Shown piece after piece: positions 1 to 9,872 of a stretch of 64,000 nt of DNA. The stretch is taken from NCBI GenBank assembly GCA_902518705.1, contig CABYHW010000004.1, positions 4,084 through 68,083 on the forward strand, given 5' to 3'. Position numbers and translations under genes: made by a program. Below the pieces are notes generated by a model. It did no database searches. It had not been told where the DNA came from and saw only the letters and a program-made list of their open reading frames with translations. This DNA comes from an uncultured Alphaproteobacteria bacterium (GTDB lineage: Bacteria; Pseudomonadota; Alphaproteobacteria; HIMB59; GCA-002718135). Numbering within the stretch: the first letter of the stretch is position 1; every line of letters begins with the position of its first letter.

Positions 1-69
1 TTATTAGTTTTTATTTTTTTACAAAAATATATTGTTGAAGGACTTACTGCAGGAGCAGTTAAAAACTAA
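1..69 (+). CDS. ABC transporter permease, C-terminal fragment (gene begins upstream of window)
   Basis: Frame 1 reads LLVFIFLQKYIVEGLTAGAVKN then TAA at 67-69. The same C-terminal signature (LQKYIV.GLT.GAVKN) ends the next permease at 910, as in paired MalF/MalG-type permeases. Confidence 0.6.
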   Translation, partial: LLVFIFLQKYIVEGLTAGAVKN

Positions 70-910
70 ATTGGATAAATATAATTTATACGAAAAGATA
101 ATCTTATATTTAGGTATACTAGTTTTCATGACTTTTATACTTCTACCGTTTGTAGAAATGTTCTATGCATCCCTTCGTCCATTGGATCATTTATTTCGTT
201 CACCATATCAATTTTATTCTGATGATTTATCTTTTTGGGCATATAGAGAAATGTGGAAAACTGTTCCAATGTTGCCGCGATATATTTTTAATAGTTTTTT
301 TCTTGCTAGTGTTACATCTTTAATTACTTTGTTATTTGTTATTCCTGCCGCTTATTCTTATGCTCGTTTCAGATTTCCTTTTAAGAATTCATCTTTATAT
401 ATTTTACTAGCAATAAATATGTTTTCAGGTGCTGTACTTTTAATTCCATTATATAAAGTTTTAAGAACTTTTGGTCTTCTTAATACATACCAAGCAATGA
501 TAGTACCAGGTGTCGCCTTCTTAATACCTACCGCAATATGGTTATTAAAATCATACTTTGAAAAAATCCCAATTGATTTGGAAGAGGCTGCATTCGTTGA
601 TGGAGCTTCAAGGGTTCAAATTTTAAGACACATTATAGCACCCCTTAGTACTCCTGGCTTAGTAGTTGTTGGGATATATGCTTTTATAGGATCATATGCA
701 CAACAGTTCTTATTTGCGATAACTTTTAATCAAAAAAAAGAATATATGCCTATTCCCTCAGGACTCTATGAATTTATTGGTTACACGACAGTTAAATGGA
801 ATGAAATGATGGCAGCCTCTCTTGTTGGGATAGCACCTGTATTAATCATTTTTCTTTTTCTACAGAAATATATTGTTGCTGGTTTGACTTCTGGAGCTGT
901 AAAAAACTAG
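32..910 (+). CDS. Carbohydrate (CUT1-type) ABC transporter permease, MalG-like
   Basis: 292-aa ORF with multiple hydrophobic spans and an EAA loop (LEEAAFVDGASRVQILRHIIAPL). ATG 32 overlaps the upstream gene; an in-frame TTG at 71, just after the upstream stop, is an alternative start. Confidence 0.85.
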   Translation: MLKDLLQEQLKTKLDKYNLYEKIILYLGILVFMTFILLPFVEMFYASLRPLDHLFRSPYQFYSDDLSFWAYREMWKTVPMLPRYIFNSFFLASVTSLITLLFVIPAAYSYARFRFPFKNSSLYILLAINMFSGAVLLIPLYKVLRTFGLLNTYQAMIVPGVAFLIPTAIWLLKSYFEKIPIDLEEAAFVDGASRVQILRHIIAPLSTPGLVVVGIYAFIGSYAQQFLFAITFNQKKEYMPIPSGLYEFIGYTTVKWNEMMAASLVGIAPVLIIFLFLQKYIVAGLTSGAVKN

Positions 911-986
911 AGAAATACATAAAATCTAACTTGCCTCATAGAGCCAGATGATGTTATCTCTTCTTTATAATTTAAATGGAGGAAAT

Positions 987-2198
987 ATGAATTTCAAAAA
1001 ACTATCTTCATTTCTTACAATTGCTATACTTTCACTTGTTGGCTTTAAAGCATATGCTGCTGACGTACATGGTGTATTCTGTGGTAGTGATCTTCGACCT
1101 AATTATGTTGAAATAGCTGATAAGTACATGGAAGACAATCCTGGAGTAAACGTAACTCTAGAGGCTGTTCCTTGGGGAACATGTCAAGATAAAGTAATCA
1201 ATCTTGCTATCGCGGGTGATCCCGTTGCATTTTCATATGTTGGATCAAGAACTCTAAAAGGTCTTGCAGAAAATGGACATATTTTAGAAACAAATATTCC
1301 TGCTTCACAACAAGCAATGTATCAACCAGGTATCTTAAACACAGTAACACACATGGGTAAAACTTGGGGTTTCCCTCATGCGTTTTCAACTAAAGCACTT
1401 TTCATGAATTGTGGTCTTTTAGAAAAAGCAGGTGTTGCATGTGAAGGTCCTCAAAGTTGGGATGAATTATATTCAATGGCTGAAGCTGTAACAAAAAATG
1501 TTGATGGAGTGGCAGGAATTGGATTAGCTGGTAAAGATTTTGATAATACTATGCACCAATTCTTAAACTACCTATACAGTAATGGGGGACAAGTTATTGA
1601 TCCAATGACAAATGAAATAACTTTGAATTCATCTAATACTGTTGAAACATTAGAATTTTATGGAAAGTTAGCAAACGTTGCTCAAGAAGGTCCTTTAGCT
1701 TGGGAGAGATCTCAGTTAACAGAACTCTTTAATGACGAAAAAATTGCTATGTATATTAATGGACCTTGGGGTAGAGGTCAGCATAAGGAAGGTCTAGATG
1801 TTAAAACAGTTAGAATTCCAGCTGGACCACAAGGAAGTCAAGGTACGCTTTTAATCACTGATAGTGTTGCAGTTTTCTCAAACACAGGCGTTGAAAAAGA
1901 AGCAATGGAATTAGCTAGCATAATCACATCAGGTGATTCTCAATACAGTCTTGATACTGATTGGGGTCTAACACCAATTATGCAATATCCTCAAATTGGA
2001 AATGAAGCTCCATACAATGAAGATTATTGGATGATGTTTATTGATTCTATTGGCGATGGTGGACCAGAGCCACTATTTGTAGACTACAAAGCTTTTCAAG
2101 CTGTTATGAACTCTATGATCCAGGGTGCAATTCTTGGTGAAGGCGATGCTGCAGATTTAGTAGCTGAAGCAGCTGAAGAGTTAGAAGAATACAAATAA
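987..2198 (+). CDS. Extracellular solute-binding protein (family 1, sugar type) of ABC transporter
   Basis: ORF 948-2198. Preferred start is ATG 987, preceded by GGAGG (978-982) and giving a signal peptide MNFKKLSSFLTIAILSLVGFKAYA. Size and W/G/P-rich pattern are typical of CUT1 binding proteins. Visibly less AT-rich than its neighbours. Confidence 0.85.
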   Translation: MNFKKLSSFLTIAILSLVGFKAYAADVHGVFCGSDLRPNYVEIADKYMEDNPGVNVTLEAVPWGTCQDKVINLAIAGDPVAFSYVGSRTLKGLAENGHILETNIPASQQAMYQPGILNTVTHMGKTWGFPHAFSTKALFMNCGLLEKAGVACEGPQSWDELYSMAEAVTKNVDGVAGIGLAGKDFDNTMHQFLNYLYSNGGQVIDPMTNEITLNSSNTVETLEFYGKLANVAQEGPLAWERSQLTELFNDEKIAMYINGPWGRGQHKEGLDVKTVRIPAGPQGSQGTLLITDSVAVFSNTGVEKEAMELASIITSGDSQYSLDTDWGLTPIMQYPQIGNEAPYNEDYWMMFIDSIGDGGPEPLFVDYKAFQAVMNSMIQGAILGEGDAADLVAEAAEELEEYK

Positions 2199-2210
2199 TC
2201 ATATTATTTT

Positions 2211-2233
2211 GCTAGGGCTATATTTGCCCTAGC
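2211..2233 (+). terminator. Stem-loop directly after the binding-protein gene (partial terminator/attenuator)
   Basis: gctagggc-tatattt-gccctagc: perfect 8-bp stem 13 nt after the stop codon, no strong T-tract. It sits between the binding-protein gene and the next gene of the operon. Confidence 0.5.
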
Positions 2234-2251
2234 ATCAAATATAAAATTCAA

Positions 2252-2980
2252 ATGAGTAAATTAACAAGATCCTATTCATCAAAAATTAATTCAATTTTAA
2301 AAAAAATACTTAAAGAAGAAGAAAAAAAATTCTTACAGTGTGCTAAATTAATTAGCAAATCGTATAAAAAAGGTGGGCAGTTATATATTTTTGGAACTGG
2401 ACATTCTAGGTTGCTTGGAGAAGAGTCATTTCACAGAGCAGGAGGTTTTGCTGCCGCATGTCCAATAAGAGATGATGATCTCAGTTTTAAAAAAGGAGCA
2501 AGAAAGGCTACTGCTTTAGAAAGAACTCCAAACATAGCAAAAAAAGCTCTAGCTAAATATAAAATTACTAGCAATGATATTTTAATGATTGTATCTAATT
2601 CTGGTGTTAATCATGCACCAGTTGAAGCTGCATTAATTGCAAAGAAAAAAAAAATAAAAACTATTTCACTAACATCTGTGAAGTACTCAAAACAAGCTCC
2701 TCTATCTAAATTGAACAAAAGATTATTTGAAATAACTGATATATTCATTGATAATAAGATTCCACCTGGTGATGCGATTATAAATGTCAAAGATAATATG
2801 GTTGGGCCAGCTTCAACAATTACTGGATCTTTTATTTTAAATTCAATTTTAATTGAAGTTGCAAATATCTTAAAAAATGAAAAATTGTTTCCATTCTACA
2901 TCAGCGTAAATATGCCAAATGCTAAAAAAAATAACGATAAATTAGAGAAAAAATTTAGTAAGATTAACCCTCATTTATAA
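2252..2980 (+). CDS. SIS (sugar isomerase) domain protein, UPF0309-like
   Basis: 242 aa. YIFGTGHSRLLGEESFHRAGGF and VSNSGVNHAPVEAALIAKKK match the single-SIS UPF0309-type proteins found in amino-sugar/fructosamine loci. Confidence 0.7.
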   Translation: MSKLTRSYSSKINSILKKILKEEEKKFLQCAKLISKSYKKGGQLYIFGTGHSRLLGEESFHRAGGFAAACPIRDDDLSFKKGARKATALERTPNIAKKALAKYKITSNDILMIVSNSGVNHAPVEAALIAKKKKIKTISLTSVKYSKQAPLSKLNKRLFEITDIFIDNKIPPGDAIINVKDNMVGPASTITGSFILNSILIEVANILKNEKLFPFYISVNMPNAKKNNDKLEKKFSKINPHL

Positions 2981-3035
2981 GTATTTTTTAATTTTTTAAT
3001 AACTAGCAAATTACTATATAAGATATTAAATTTAG

Positions 3036-4127
3036 ATGACTAATCAAAATAAAGTTAGTGGAAAAATAATAAATCATAATTCTACCTATATTGGTGATGT
3101 ATTTTTCAGTGAAAAAATTAGTGAGTTAAAAATAAAGGACTCTGATGATTATAATAATATTATAATTCCTGGTTTTATTGATCTGCATTGTCATGGCGGT
3201 AATGGATTTGATGTAATGGAGGGATCAAAATCAATTATTGAAATGTCAAAATATCATCTGAGGCATGGGACAACTTCAATTATACCAACTACTTGGACTA
3301 ATACCCTAGAAAATACTATTTTAGCATTAAAAGGGTTTAATGAAATAAAGAATGATAATCAAAATATTCTTGGTATTCATCTAGAGGGACCTTTTATAAA
3401 TCCTAATAAACTTGGGGCTCAACCAAATTTAACGGAGAAACCATCTTTAGATTTTATAAAAAAAATTCTTGAAATCTCCGATGTAAAAATCATTACTTTA
3501 GCTCCAGAAATTGATGGGATGCAAGAATTTATAAATGACTTAGTAAATCTAAATATTAAGGTTCAATTTGGTCACACTTTAGCAGATTTTTCTTGCTGTG
3601 ATAAAATTATGAAAGATTATGAAGTTGGTTTTACACATTTGTATAATGCTATGTCTGGTAATGATCATAGATCTCCAGGAGTTTTATCAGCTGCTCTTAC
3701 AAAAGGAAAATATGCTGAAATAATCTGTGATAATATACATGTTAGTAAAGAAGCAATCAAAATTGCAAAAAAATGTATTCCTGGGCTGTATGCAATAACA
3801 GATTCTATTAACGCAAGTGGACTGAATGATGGAGAATATATTTTTGCAAAAAATAATATAATAAAAGAAAATAATTCAGTTAAAATAAAGTCTGACGGTA
3901 CTTTAGCTGGAAGTATTGTTACTATGGATCAAACTTTTAAAAATTTAATATCAATGGACTTTTCATTAGAAGAAGCAGTTGCTCTAACAAGTTATAATGC
4001 TTCTAAATATTTGAATCTAGAAAGTGTCGGTATAATCCAAAAAAATTTTTTAAGTAATTTTCTTATTTTAGATAAAGAATTTAATCTTAAAGAAGTTTAT
4101 TTAAGAGGAAAAAAAATTAATGTCTAG
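3036..4127 (+). CDS. nagA: N-acetylglucosamine-6-phosphate deacetylase-like amidohydrolase
   Basis: 363 aa. Metal-binding DLHCHGGNGFD, HLEGPFINP, GHTLA, FTHLYNAMS and the overall NagA layout. Confidence 0.85.
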   Translation: MTNQNKVSGKIINHNSTYIGDVFFSEKISELKIKDSDDYNNIIIPGFIDLHCHGGNGFDVMEGSKSIIEMSKYHLRHGTTSIIPTTWTNTLENTILALKGFNEIKNDNQNILGIHLEGPFINPNKLGAQPNLTEKPSLDFIKKILEISDVKIITLAPEIDGMQEFINDLVNLNIKVQFGHTLADFSCCDKIMKDYEVGFTHLYNAMSGNDHRSPGVLSAALTKGKYAEIICDNIHVSKEAIKIAKKCIPGLYAITDSINASGLNDGEYIFAKNNIIKENNSVKIKSDGTLAGSIVTMDQTFKNLISMDFSLEEAVALTSYNASKYLNLESVGIIQKNFLSNFLILDKEFNLKEVYLRGKKINV

Positions 4128-5142
4128 CTCTCAAGTCTTATCTGAAGCACTTTCAATTCCAAATAAAATTAATCATTTTAGCTTGAATGATAAAAATAAT
4201 TATCAGGAAATATCAAATTTAATATCAGAAAAAAAAATTGATTATGTTGTTACTGTGGCAAGAGGTACTTCAGATTGTGCTGCTCTTTATTTGTCTTATA
4301 TGTTTGCAAAATATCTAGGTTTACCAACATACAGCATGCCTCCATCTATTATAACTTTAGAAGAATCAAAATTTGATTTTTCGAAAGCATTAGTTTTCAT
4401 TATTTCTCAATCTGGAAAAAGTGAAGATTTAGTTGAATGTCATAAAATGGTACAAAAAATGGGAGCAAAGACGATATTAATAAGTAATAATTTAAATAGC
4501 CCTATTATAAAAACATCCAATTATTTTTTTGATATAAATGCTGGGGAAGAAAAAAGTGTTGCAGCAACAAAAACTTTTGTGATGTCTTTATTGATAATTT
4601 TAAAGCTTGTTTTTAACACTCTTAATAAAAAAGATATTAATAAACATATTGAAAAGCTAAGTGATGATTTAATTTTGGATAATCAAAATCAATGGAATCC
4701 AAATATATTAGATAAAACTATAAGTAATGGATATATAATTAGTAGAGGTGTTGGATATGCAATTTCTAATGAAATATCTCTAAAGTTTAAAGAGTTATGT
4801 CAAGAAATGATAGAACCTTTCAGTAGTGCTGAGGTAATGCATGGACCGAAAAGCCTTATAGAAAACTCATTCAAGTTATTTACTATATCGCTTAGAGATA
4901 AAAGTGGGATGATAGTAGCAAAAGATTCTTCTCAAATTATCTCTCTAACTAATCTTCACTATGAAATTACCTATGATGAAAACTCGAATACAAAATTAAA
5001 ATTCAACACTAGTGAAATGGTAGAGTTAGATCCAATAATAGTACTATCAAAATTTTATCCATGGATAATTAATTACTCATTTGAAAAAGGATTAGACCCA
5101 GACAATCCTAGATATTTAACTAAAATAACACAAACATTCTAA
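4120..5142 (+). CDS. Double-SIS sugar-phosphate isomerase/deaminase (AgaS / GlmS isomerase-domain-like)
   Basis: 340 aa with two SIS modules (VARGTSDCAALY, ISQSGKSEDL, EEKSVAATKTF). Start overlaps the nagA stop by 8 nt (ATGTCTAG). Confidence 0.8.
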   Translation: MSSSQVLSEALSIPNKINHFSLNDKNNYQEISNLISEKKIDYVVTVARGTSDCAALYLSYMFAKYLGLPTYSMPPSIITLEESKFDFSKALVFIISQSGKSEDLVECHKMVQKMGAKTILISNNLNSPIIKTSNYFFDINAGEEKSVAATKTFVMSLLIILKLVFNTLNKKDINKHIEKLSDDLILDNQNQWNPNILDKTISNGYIISRGVGYAISNEISLKFKELCQEMIEPFSSAEVMHGPKSLIENSFKLFTISLRDKSGMIVAKDSSQIISLTNLHYEITYDENSNTKLKFNTSEMVELDPIIVLSKFYPWIINYSFEKGLDPDNPRYLTKITQTF

Positions 5143-5143
5143 T

Positions 5144-6763
5144 TTGAATAATATTGATATAGCAATTATTGGCGCAGGTTCTGCAGGAAGTATAATAGCA
5201 AATAAACTTCTGAGTAAAACTAATTTTAATATAGCCCTTATTGAAGCTGGACCTAAAGATAACAATCCTATCATTGATGTTCCTCTTGGTTATGGAATGA
5301 CATTTTACAATAAAAAAATTAATTGGAACTTCTATTCAGAAAAACAAGATAATTTATTTAACCGCCAAATATATTATCCAAGAGGTAAAGTTTTAGGTGG
5401 CTCTGGCTCAATAAATGCAATGGTCTATGCAAGAGGATTAGAAACAGATTATGAGAATTGGGGTAGCAACAAGGAATGGAATTTTGAAAATATAAAAAAA
5501 GTATACAGCTCTATGGAACAACAAATAAATGATGATAAAGAATTTCTTACAAAAGAAAAGATTCCAGTAAATAATGTAAGTAAGCATCATCATTCAATTT
5601 TAGAATATTTTTTTAATGCTAGTAATGAAATTGGTATTAAAAAAAACACCAATTTAACTACATCAATTGAAAATCAAGTAGGTCATTACAATATCAATAC
5701 TTATAAGGGTACCAGGCATTCATCATCAAAAGTTTTTTTAAAGCCTGTATTAAAAAATCCTAGATTAACTTTACTAGACAATACTCGGGTAAAAAATCTA
5801 ATAATCAAAGATAAAAAAATTACTGGTATTAAAATTCAAAATAAATCAACAGAACAAATACTTAAACTATCCCATGGAGCAATATTATGTTCTGGCTCAA
5901 TAATGACACCTTACTTGTTAATGCATTCTGGTATTGGTGATAAAGAACATTTAAAAAATTTTGATAAAGAGATAATAATTGATAATTCTAATGTTGGAAG
6001 AAATCTTCAGGATCATCTTGGTTTAGATTATTTATTTAAAACTTATCATCATTCACTAAATCAATCGTTAGGAACTTGGCCAGGCAGAATTACTTCTGTA
6101 TTAAAATATATTTATAATAGGAAAGGACCATTATCACTAAGTATTAATCAGTCTGGGGGATATGTAAATTGGAATTCAAAACATCATTATCCCAACTTGC
6201 AGATATATTTCAATCCGTTGACTTATTCTATCACTCATAAAAATAAAAGACCTTTACTAAAAACTGATAAATTTAATGGTTTTATTATTGGTTATAATTC
6301 TTGTCGACCAAAAAGTTTAGGAACAGTTAAATTAAATTCTCCTAATTTTGATGTTTCTCCATTGATTGATCCAAATTTTCTATCACATGAAGAAGATATA
6401 TATGATGTTAAATGCGCAATTAATTTTTCTCAAGTTTTGGCGAATACAAATAGTATAAAAAAAATAAGAAATGAAAGTGTTACGCATGATCTTTTAAATG
6501 CTACTGAAGAAGAAATGATTGATCACTTTAAATCTAATGCAGTTTCTATATATCACCCTTGTGGTACTTGTAAAATGGATGAAGATCCTAAAAAAGGAGT
6601 TGTTTCTGAAAGATTAAAAGTTCATGGAATGGAGAATCTTTGGATTGCTGATGCATCTGTTTTTCCAAATATTACTTCTGGCAATATAAATGCCCCTGTA
6701 ATGATGCTTGCTAATCTTGGAAGTAAATTTATTATTGAGGATTTAAACAAAATTAATTTATGA
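5144..6763 (+). CDS. GMC-family FAD oxidoreductase (choline/sugar dehydrogenase-like)
   Basis: 539 aa with a TTG start. N-terminal FAD fold IAIIGAGSAGS, GMC signature GKVLGGSGSINAMVYARG, C-terminal HPCGTCKM and ADASVFPN. Confidence 0.85.
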   Translation: MNNIDIAIIGAGSAGSIIANKLLSKTNFNIALIEAGPKDNNPIIDVPLGYGMTFYNKKINWNFYSEKQDNLFNRQIYYPRGKVLGGSGSINAMVYARGLETDYENWGSNKEWNFENIKKVYSSMEQQINDDKEFLTKEKIPVNNVSKHHHSILEYFFNASNEIGIKKNTNLTTSIENQVGHYNINTYKGTRHSSSKVFLKPVLKNPRLTLLDNTRVKNLIIKDKKITGIKIQNKSTEQILKLSHGAILCSGSIMTPYLLMHSGIGDKEHLKNFDKEIIIDNSNVGRNLQDHLGLDYLFKTYHHSLNQSLGTWPGRITSVLKYIYNRKGPLSLSINQSGGYVNWNSKHHYPNLQIYFNPLTYSITHKNKRPLLKTDKFNGFIIGYNSCRPKSLGTVKLNSPNFDVSPLIDPNFLSHEEDIYDVKCAINFSQVLANTNSIKKIRNESVTHDLLNATEEEMIDHFKSNAVSIYHPCGTCKMDEDPKKGVVSERLKVHGMENLWIADASVFPNITSGNINAPVMMLANLGSKFIIEDLNKINL

Positions 6764-7860
6764 AAATAGTTAAACTTGAAACATTCACAAAACCATATGT
6801 AAGTTTTGTAAAAATAACAGTTGAGGATGGTTCAATTGGTTATGGTCAAATGTCAACTTATCATGCAGATATCACAGCTCAAATTTTTCATAAACAAGTT
6901 GCACCTTGGGTTTTAGGAAAAGAATATTTTGATTTTGATGATTTGGAAGATTTTATCTTTGAAAGAGAGCATAAATTTCCAGGATCATATCTTTTACGTG
7001 CAATAGCTGGTTTAGATACAGCGTTGTGGGATTTAAAAGGTAAAATCGAAAGTAAACCTGTAGTTTCATTGATAGGAGGATCTCCAGGAAATTTAAGAAT
7101 TTATGGTTCATCAATGAAAAGAGATATTACACCAGATGATGAAGCAAATAGATTTAAAAAACTCTTTGATGAAAAAGGTGTTAATGCATTTAAATTTAGA
7201 GTTGGTTCTGAATGTGGAAGAGGTATCGATGAATGGGAAGGAAGAACGCCTAGTATAGTAAAAACAATAAATTCGACTTTAGATAAAAGTGTAATTAAAA
7301 TGGTCGATGCAAACAGTTGTTATAGCTCTGTTCAAGCAATAGAAATTGGGAAACTTTTAGAAGATAATGATGTTACTCATTTTGAAGAACCTTGTCCTTA
7401 TTGGAAACCAGAAGAAACCAAAAAAGTTACTGATAGTTTAAAGATAGACGTTACTGGAGGTGAGCAGGATTGTGACCTTAGAATTTGGAGAGATATGGTT
7501 AACAGAAAAATTGTAAATATTTTTCAACCAGATGTTATGTATATGGGGGGATTAACAAAAGCTTTAAAGGTTGCTAAAATTATTGAAAAAGGTGGTTTTA
7601 TATGCACTCCACATACCGCTAATTTATCTTTAGTAACAATCTGCACAATGCATTTTTTAAAAGCAATAAATAATTCAGGACCCTATCTTGAATTTTCAAT
7701 TGAGGGTAAAGACTATTATCCTTGGCAACAGAATTTATTTTTAGGCGATCCTTTTAAAATATCTAATGGAATGGTTAAAATCGAAGATACTCCTGGTTGG
7801 GGTATCGAGATTAATCCTGATTGGTTAGATAAATCAGAATATAAAAAGACAGAAATATAA
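6760..7860 (+). CDS. Enolase-superfamily enzyme (mandelate racemase/muconate lactonizing family; probable acid-sugar dehydratase)
   Basis: 366 aa. N-terminal capping domain (GYGQ, ALWDLKGK) and barrel metal-ligand contexts MVDANSCY, HFEEPCP, TGGEQD. 4-nt overlap with the GMC gene. Confidence 0.8.
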   Translation: MKIVKLETFTKPYVSFVKITVEDGSIGYGQMSTYHADITAQIFHKQVAPWVLGKEYFDFDDLEDFIFEREHKFPGSYLLRAIAGLDTALWDLKGKIESKPVVSLIGGSPGNLRIYGSSMKRDITPDDEANRFKKLFDEKGVNAFKFRVGSECGRGIDEWEGRTPSIVKTINSTLDKSVIKMVDANSCYSSVQAIEIGKLLEDNDVTHFEEPCPYWKPEETKKVTDSLKIDVTGGEQDCDLRIWRDMVNRKIVNIFQPDVMYMGGLTKALKVAKIIEKGGFICTPHTANLSLVTICTMHFLKAINNSGPYLEFSIEGKDYYPWQQNLFLGDPFKISNGMVKIEDTPGWGIEINPDWLDKSEYKKTEI

Positions 7861-7864
7861 AAAA

Positions 7865-8524
7865 ATGATTAAAAATATAATTTTTGATTTTGATGGTGTA
7901 ATTGTTGATAGTGAAGTTTTAGTTTCTAAAGCATTTGCCAAATATTTTAGTAAAATTGATTACGCAATTACTGAAGAGAAATTTTATAAATATGCAGGAA
8001 AAAAAACTGTTGAAGTAATAGATCTATTATCTGCTAAATATCAGATCCAAAATAAAGAAAAATTTACAAACGAAATATTTGAAATTGTTTCAGAAGTTTA
8101 TTCCAAAGATTTAAAACTAGTAGATGGAGCAAAAGACTATATCATCAAATCTGAAAGAAATCACTTCATTGGATCCAATAGTAATAAAGACAGAATTCTG
8201 GATGGTTTGAAAATTGTTGGTTTAGATAAAACATTTTTAAGTGATCAGGTTTACTCTTTTGATATGGTCCAAAGACCAAAACCTGATCCAGATATATACT
8301 TAAAGGTTTTAAATGATAATTCACTTGATAGAGAAGAAACAGTCATTATTGAAGATAGTGGAGTAGGTGTCAAAGCAGCTACTGAAGCAAAAGTAAGAGT
8401 ATTTGGTCTTACTGCAGGAAAACATTGGTATTCAAACAGAGAGAAAAATGAATTATTTGACAATGGTGCTTTGAATGTATTTAGTGATTATGAAAGTCTA
8501 GGTAAGGCAATAGAGGAACTTTAA
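7865..8524 (+). CDS. HAD-superfamily hydrolase (beta-phosphoglucomutase/phosphatase-like)
   Basis: 219 aa. Motif I IIFDFDGVIVDS, RPKPDPDIY, and motif IV IEDSGVGVKAA. Confidence 0.8.
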   Translation: MIKNIIFDFDGVIVDSEVLVSKAFAKYFSKIDYAITEEKFYKYAGKKTVEVIDLLSAKYQIQNKEKFTNEIFEIVSEVYSKDLKLVDGAKDYIIKSERNHFIGSNSNKDRILDGLKIVGLDKTFLSDQVYSFDMVQRPKPDPDIYLKVLNDNSLDREETVIIEDSGVGVKAATEAKVRVFGLTAGKHWYSNREKNELFDNGALNVFSDYESLGKAIEEL

Positions 8525-8983
8525 ATGGGACCAGATGTAAAAGGCAATCCACTGTATATTTCAGTTTATCTTTTGATAGCCTCCTATATTTTAGGCGAAT
8601 TTATTTTCCCTAAATATCCACTGTTGTATATCCTTAATCTTTTAGGAATATTAATTATAATATTAATGCCAATTGTATTTTTTTCTTCCCGAAATGCATT
8701 TAACGCTCATGAAGAGAAATTACTTCCACAAACTGAAACAAATAAAATTATAAAAACGGGAATTTTTGCTTATTCTCGAAACCCAATTTATCTATGTTTT
8801 GTTTTATTTCATTTTGGAATGTTTCTTACTTTTGAAAATATCATGTATTTTCTTTGCTCTATTGGATTGTTTTTTTGGTTAAATAATTTTGTAATATATG
8901 AAGAAGAAAAGTATTTAAAAGATAAATTTGGAGATGAATTTGAAAGATATTGTGATTCTGTAAAAAGATGGATTTTCTTCTAG
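8525..8983 (+). CDS. Membrane methyltransferase, isoprenylcysteine carboxyl/phospholipid methyltransferase family
   Basis: 152 aa, 4-5 hydrophobic spans, GIFAYSRNPIYL motif. Start abuts the preceding stop. Confidence 0.6.
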   Translation: MGPDVKGNPLYISVYLLIASYILGEFIFPKYPLLYILNLLGILIIILMPIVFFSSRNAFNAHEEKLLPQTETNKIIKTGIFAYSRNPIYLCFVLFHFGMFLTFENIMYFLCSIGLFFWLNNFVIYEEEKYLKDKFGDEFERYCDSVKRWIFF

Positions 8984-9840
8984 TTAAAATTTATTGAGGA
9001 AATCTTATGATTTTTTTCAAATTTAATAACAACTTGAGCTTTTTTATTTAAATCCTTTAACATCCATTTAGTTATCTTCTCGTAATGTTGAATAAAAATT
9101 TTAATTTCATTTGGAGTCATTCTTTTCGAATTTTTATTTTTTGATTGATTAGTTTTTTCCTGCTTTAATCGCCATTTGAAAACATTATCAAAAGAGGATG
9201 TTTTTAAAAAAACAAGTTCATCAAATAGTTTAAATAATTTTTTATATTCTAATTTTAACTTATTATTATAGAAATTTCTCCATTGATATTTTGAATCTTT
9301 TATTTTTTCTAAATTATTTATATTTTTATGTAGAATTTTTTTTGGAATTTCAGAACTTCCACAACACCAACCTTCTAAGAAAAGAATATCACATTTAGTT
9401 TTAGTTATTTTTGTTGATTTAGAAGTGTCATCAATCAATTTATCAAATATGGGGGTTGTAATGGGGTATTTACCTTTATTGAATTGTTTTATATTTTTAA
9501 CCAATTTTCTAATATCATGTGTTCCTGGGACACCTCTAGTTATTAATAATTTATGTATTTGTTTTGATAATAGTAATCGATGTTTTTTTGATAAATAATA
9601 ATTATCTAAATTAAGCAAAAGTATTTTCTTATTATAAAATTTTTCAATAGTTTTAGAGATGATATTAATAAATGATGATTTTCCAATACCTTGAGAGCCT
9701 CCAAACAGGAATTTTTTTGATTTACTAGAGCAAATATAATTTATGATTGGAATTAATTTATCTTCTATGTACTTTTTGGAATATTTTTTATTATATGTTT
9801 TGTGTATTTCTATTTGAATATAGTCTATTAATGCACTCAT
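8980..9840 (-). CDS. P-loop kinase (glycerate-3-kinase/uridine-kinase-like, COG4240-type)
   Basis: 286 aa. Walker A GGSQGIGKSS, then LNLDNYY and ILFLEGWC as in the GLYK-like predicted kinases. Substrate not inferable. Confidence 0.5.
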   Translation of the reverse strand: MSALIDYIQIEIHKTYNKKYSKKYIEDKLIPIINYICSSKSKKFLFGGSQGIGKSSFINIISKTIEKFYNKKILLLNLDNYYLSKKHRLLLSKQIHKLLITRGVPGTHDIRKLVKNIKQFNKGKYPITTPIFDKLIDDTSKSTKITKTKCDILFLEGWCCGSSEIPKKILHKNINNLEKIKDSKYQWRNFYNNKLKLEYKKLFKLFDELVFLKTSSFDNVFKWRLKQEKTNQSKNKNSKRMTPNEIKIFIQHYEKITKWMLKDLNKKAQVVIKFEKNHKISSINFN

Positions 9841-9872
9841 TTAATATTTATTTATAAACAAAATACTTATAC

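Noticed and set aside
948-986. N-terminal extensions of the binding-protein ORFs in the track (948-986, 16500-16550, 22323-22334, 44771-44815) and of the permease at 46161-46190.
   Set aside because: Internal ATGs are preceded by consensus GGAGG at ideal spacing and yield canonical signal peptides. The 46161 GTG lies within the terminator-like hairpin.
1207-1389. 60-aa minus-strand ORF inside the binding-protein gene. It stands for the whole class of short antisense or overlapping ORFs in the track: 8251-8463, 12049-12234, 13446-13637, 14164-14391, 17930-18196, 20085-20282, 21056-21304, 21854-22036, 22421-22606, 23555-23809, 25084-25350, 25735-26016, 26723-26935, 29944-30153, 33772-33993, 44111-44317, 45036-45236, 45634-45825, 45942-46136, 48260-48454, 58269-58457, 58426-58614.
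   Set aside because: Each lies entirely within a longer ORF that has clear family motifs. They have low-complexity or odd composition and no start context. Such ORFs are expected by chance in AT-rich DNA.
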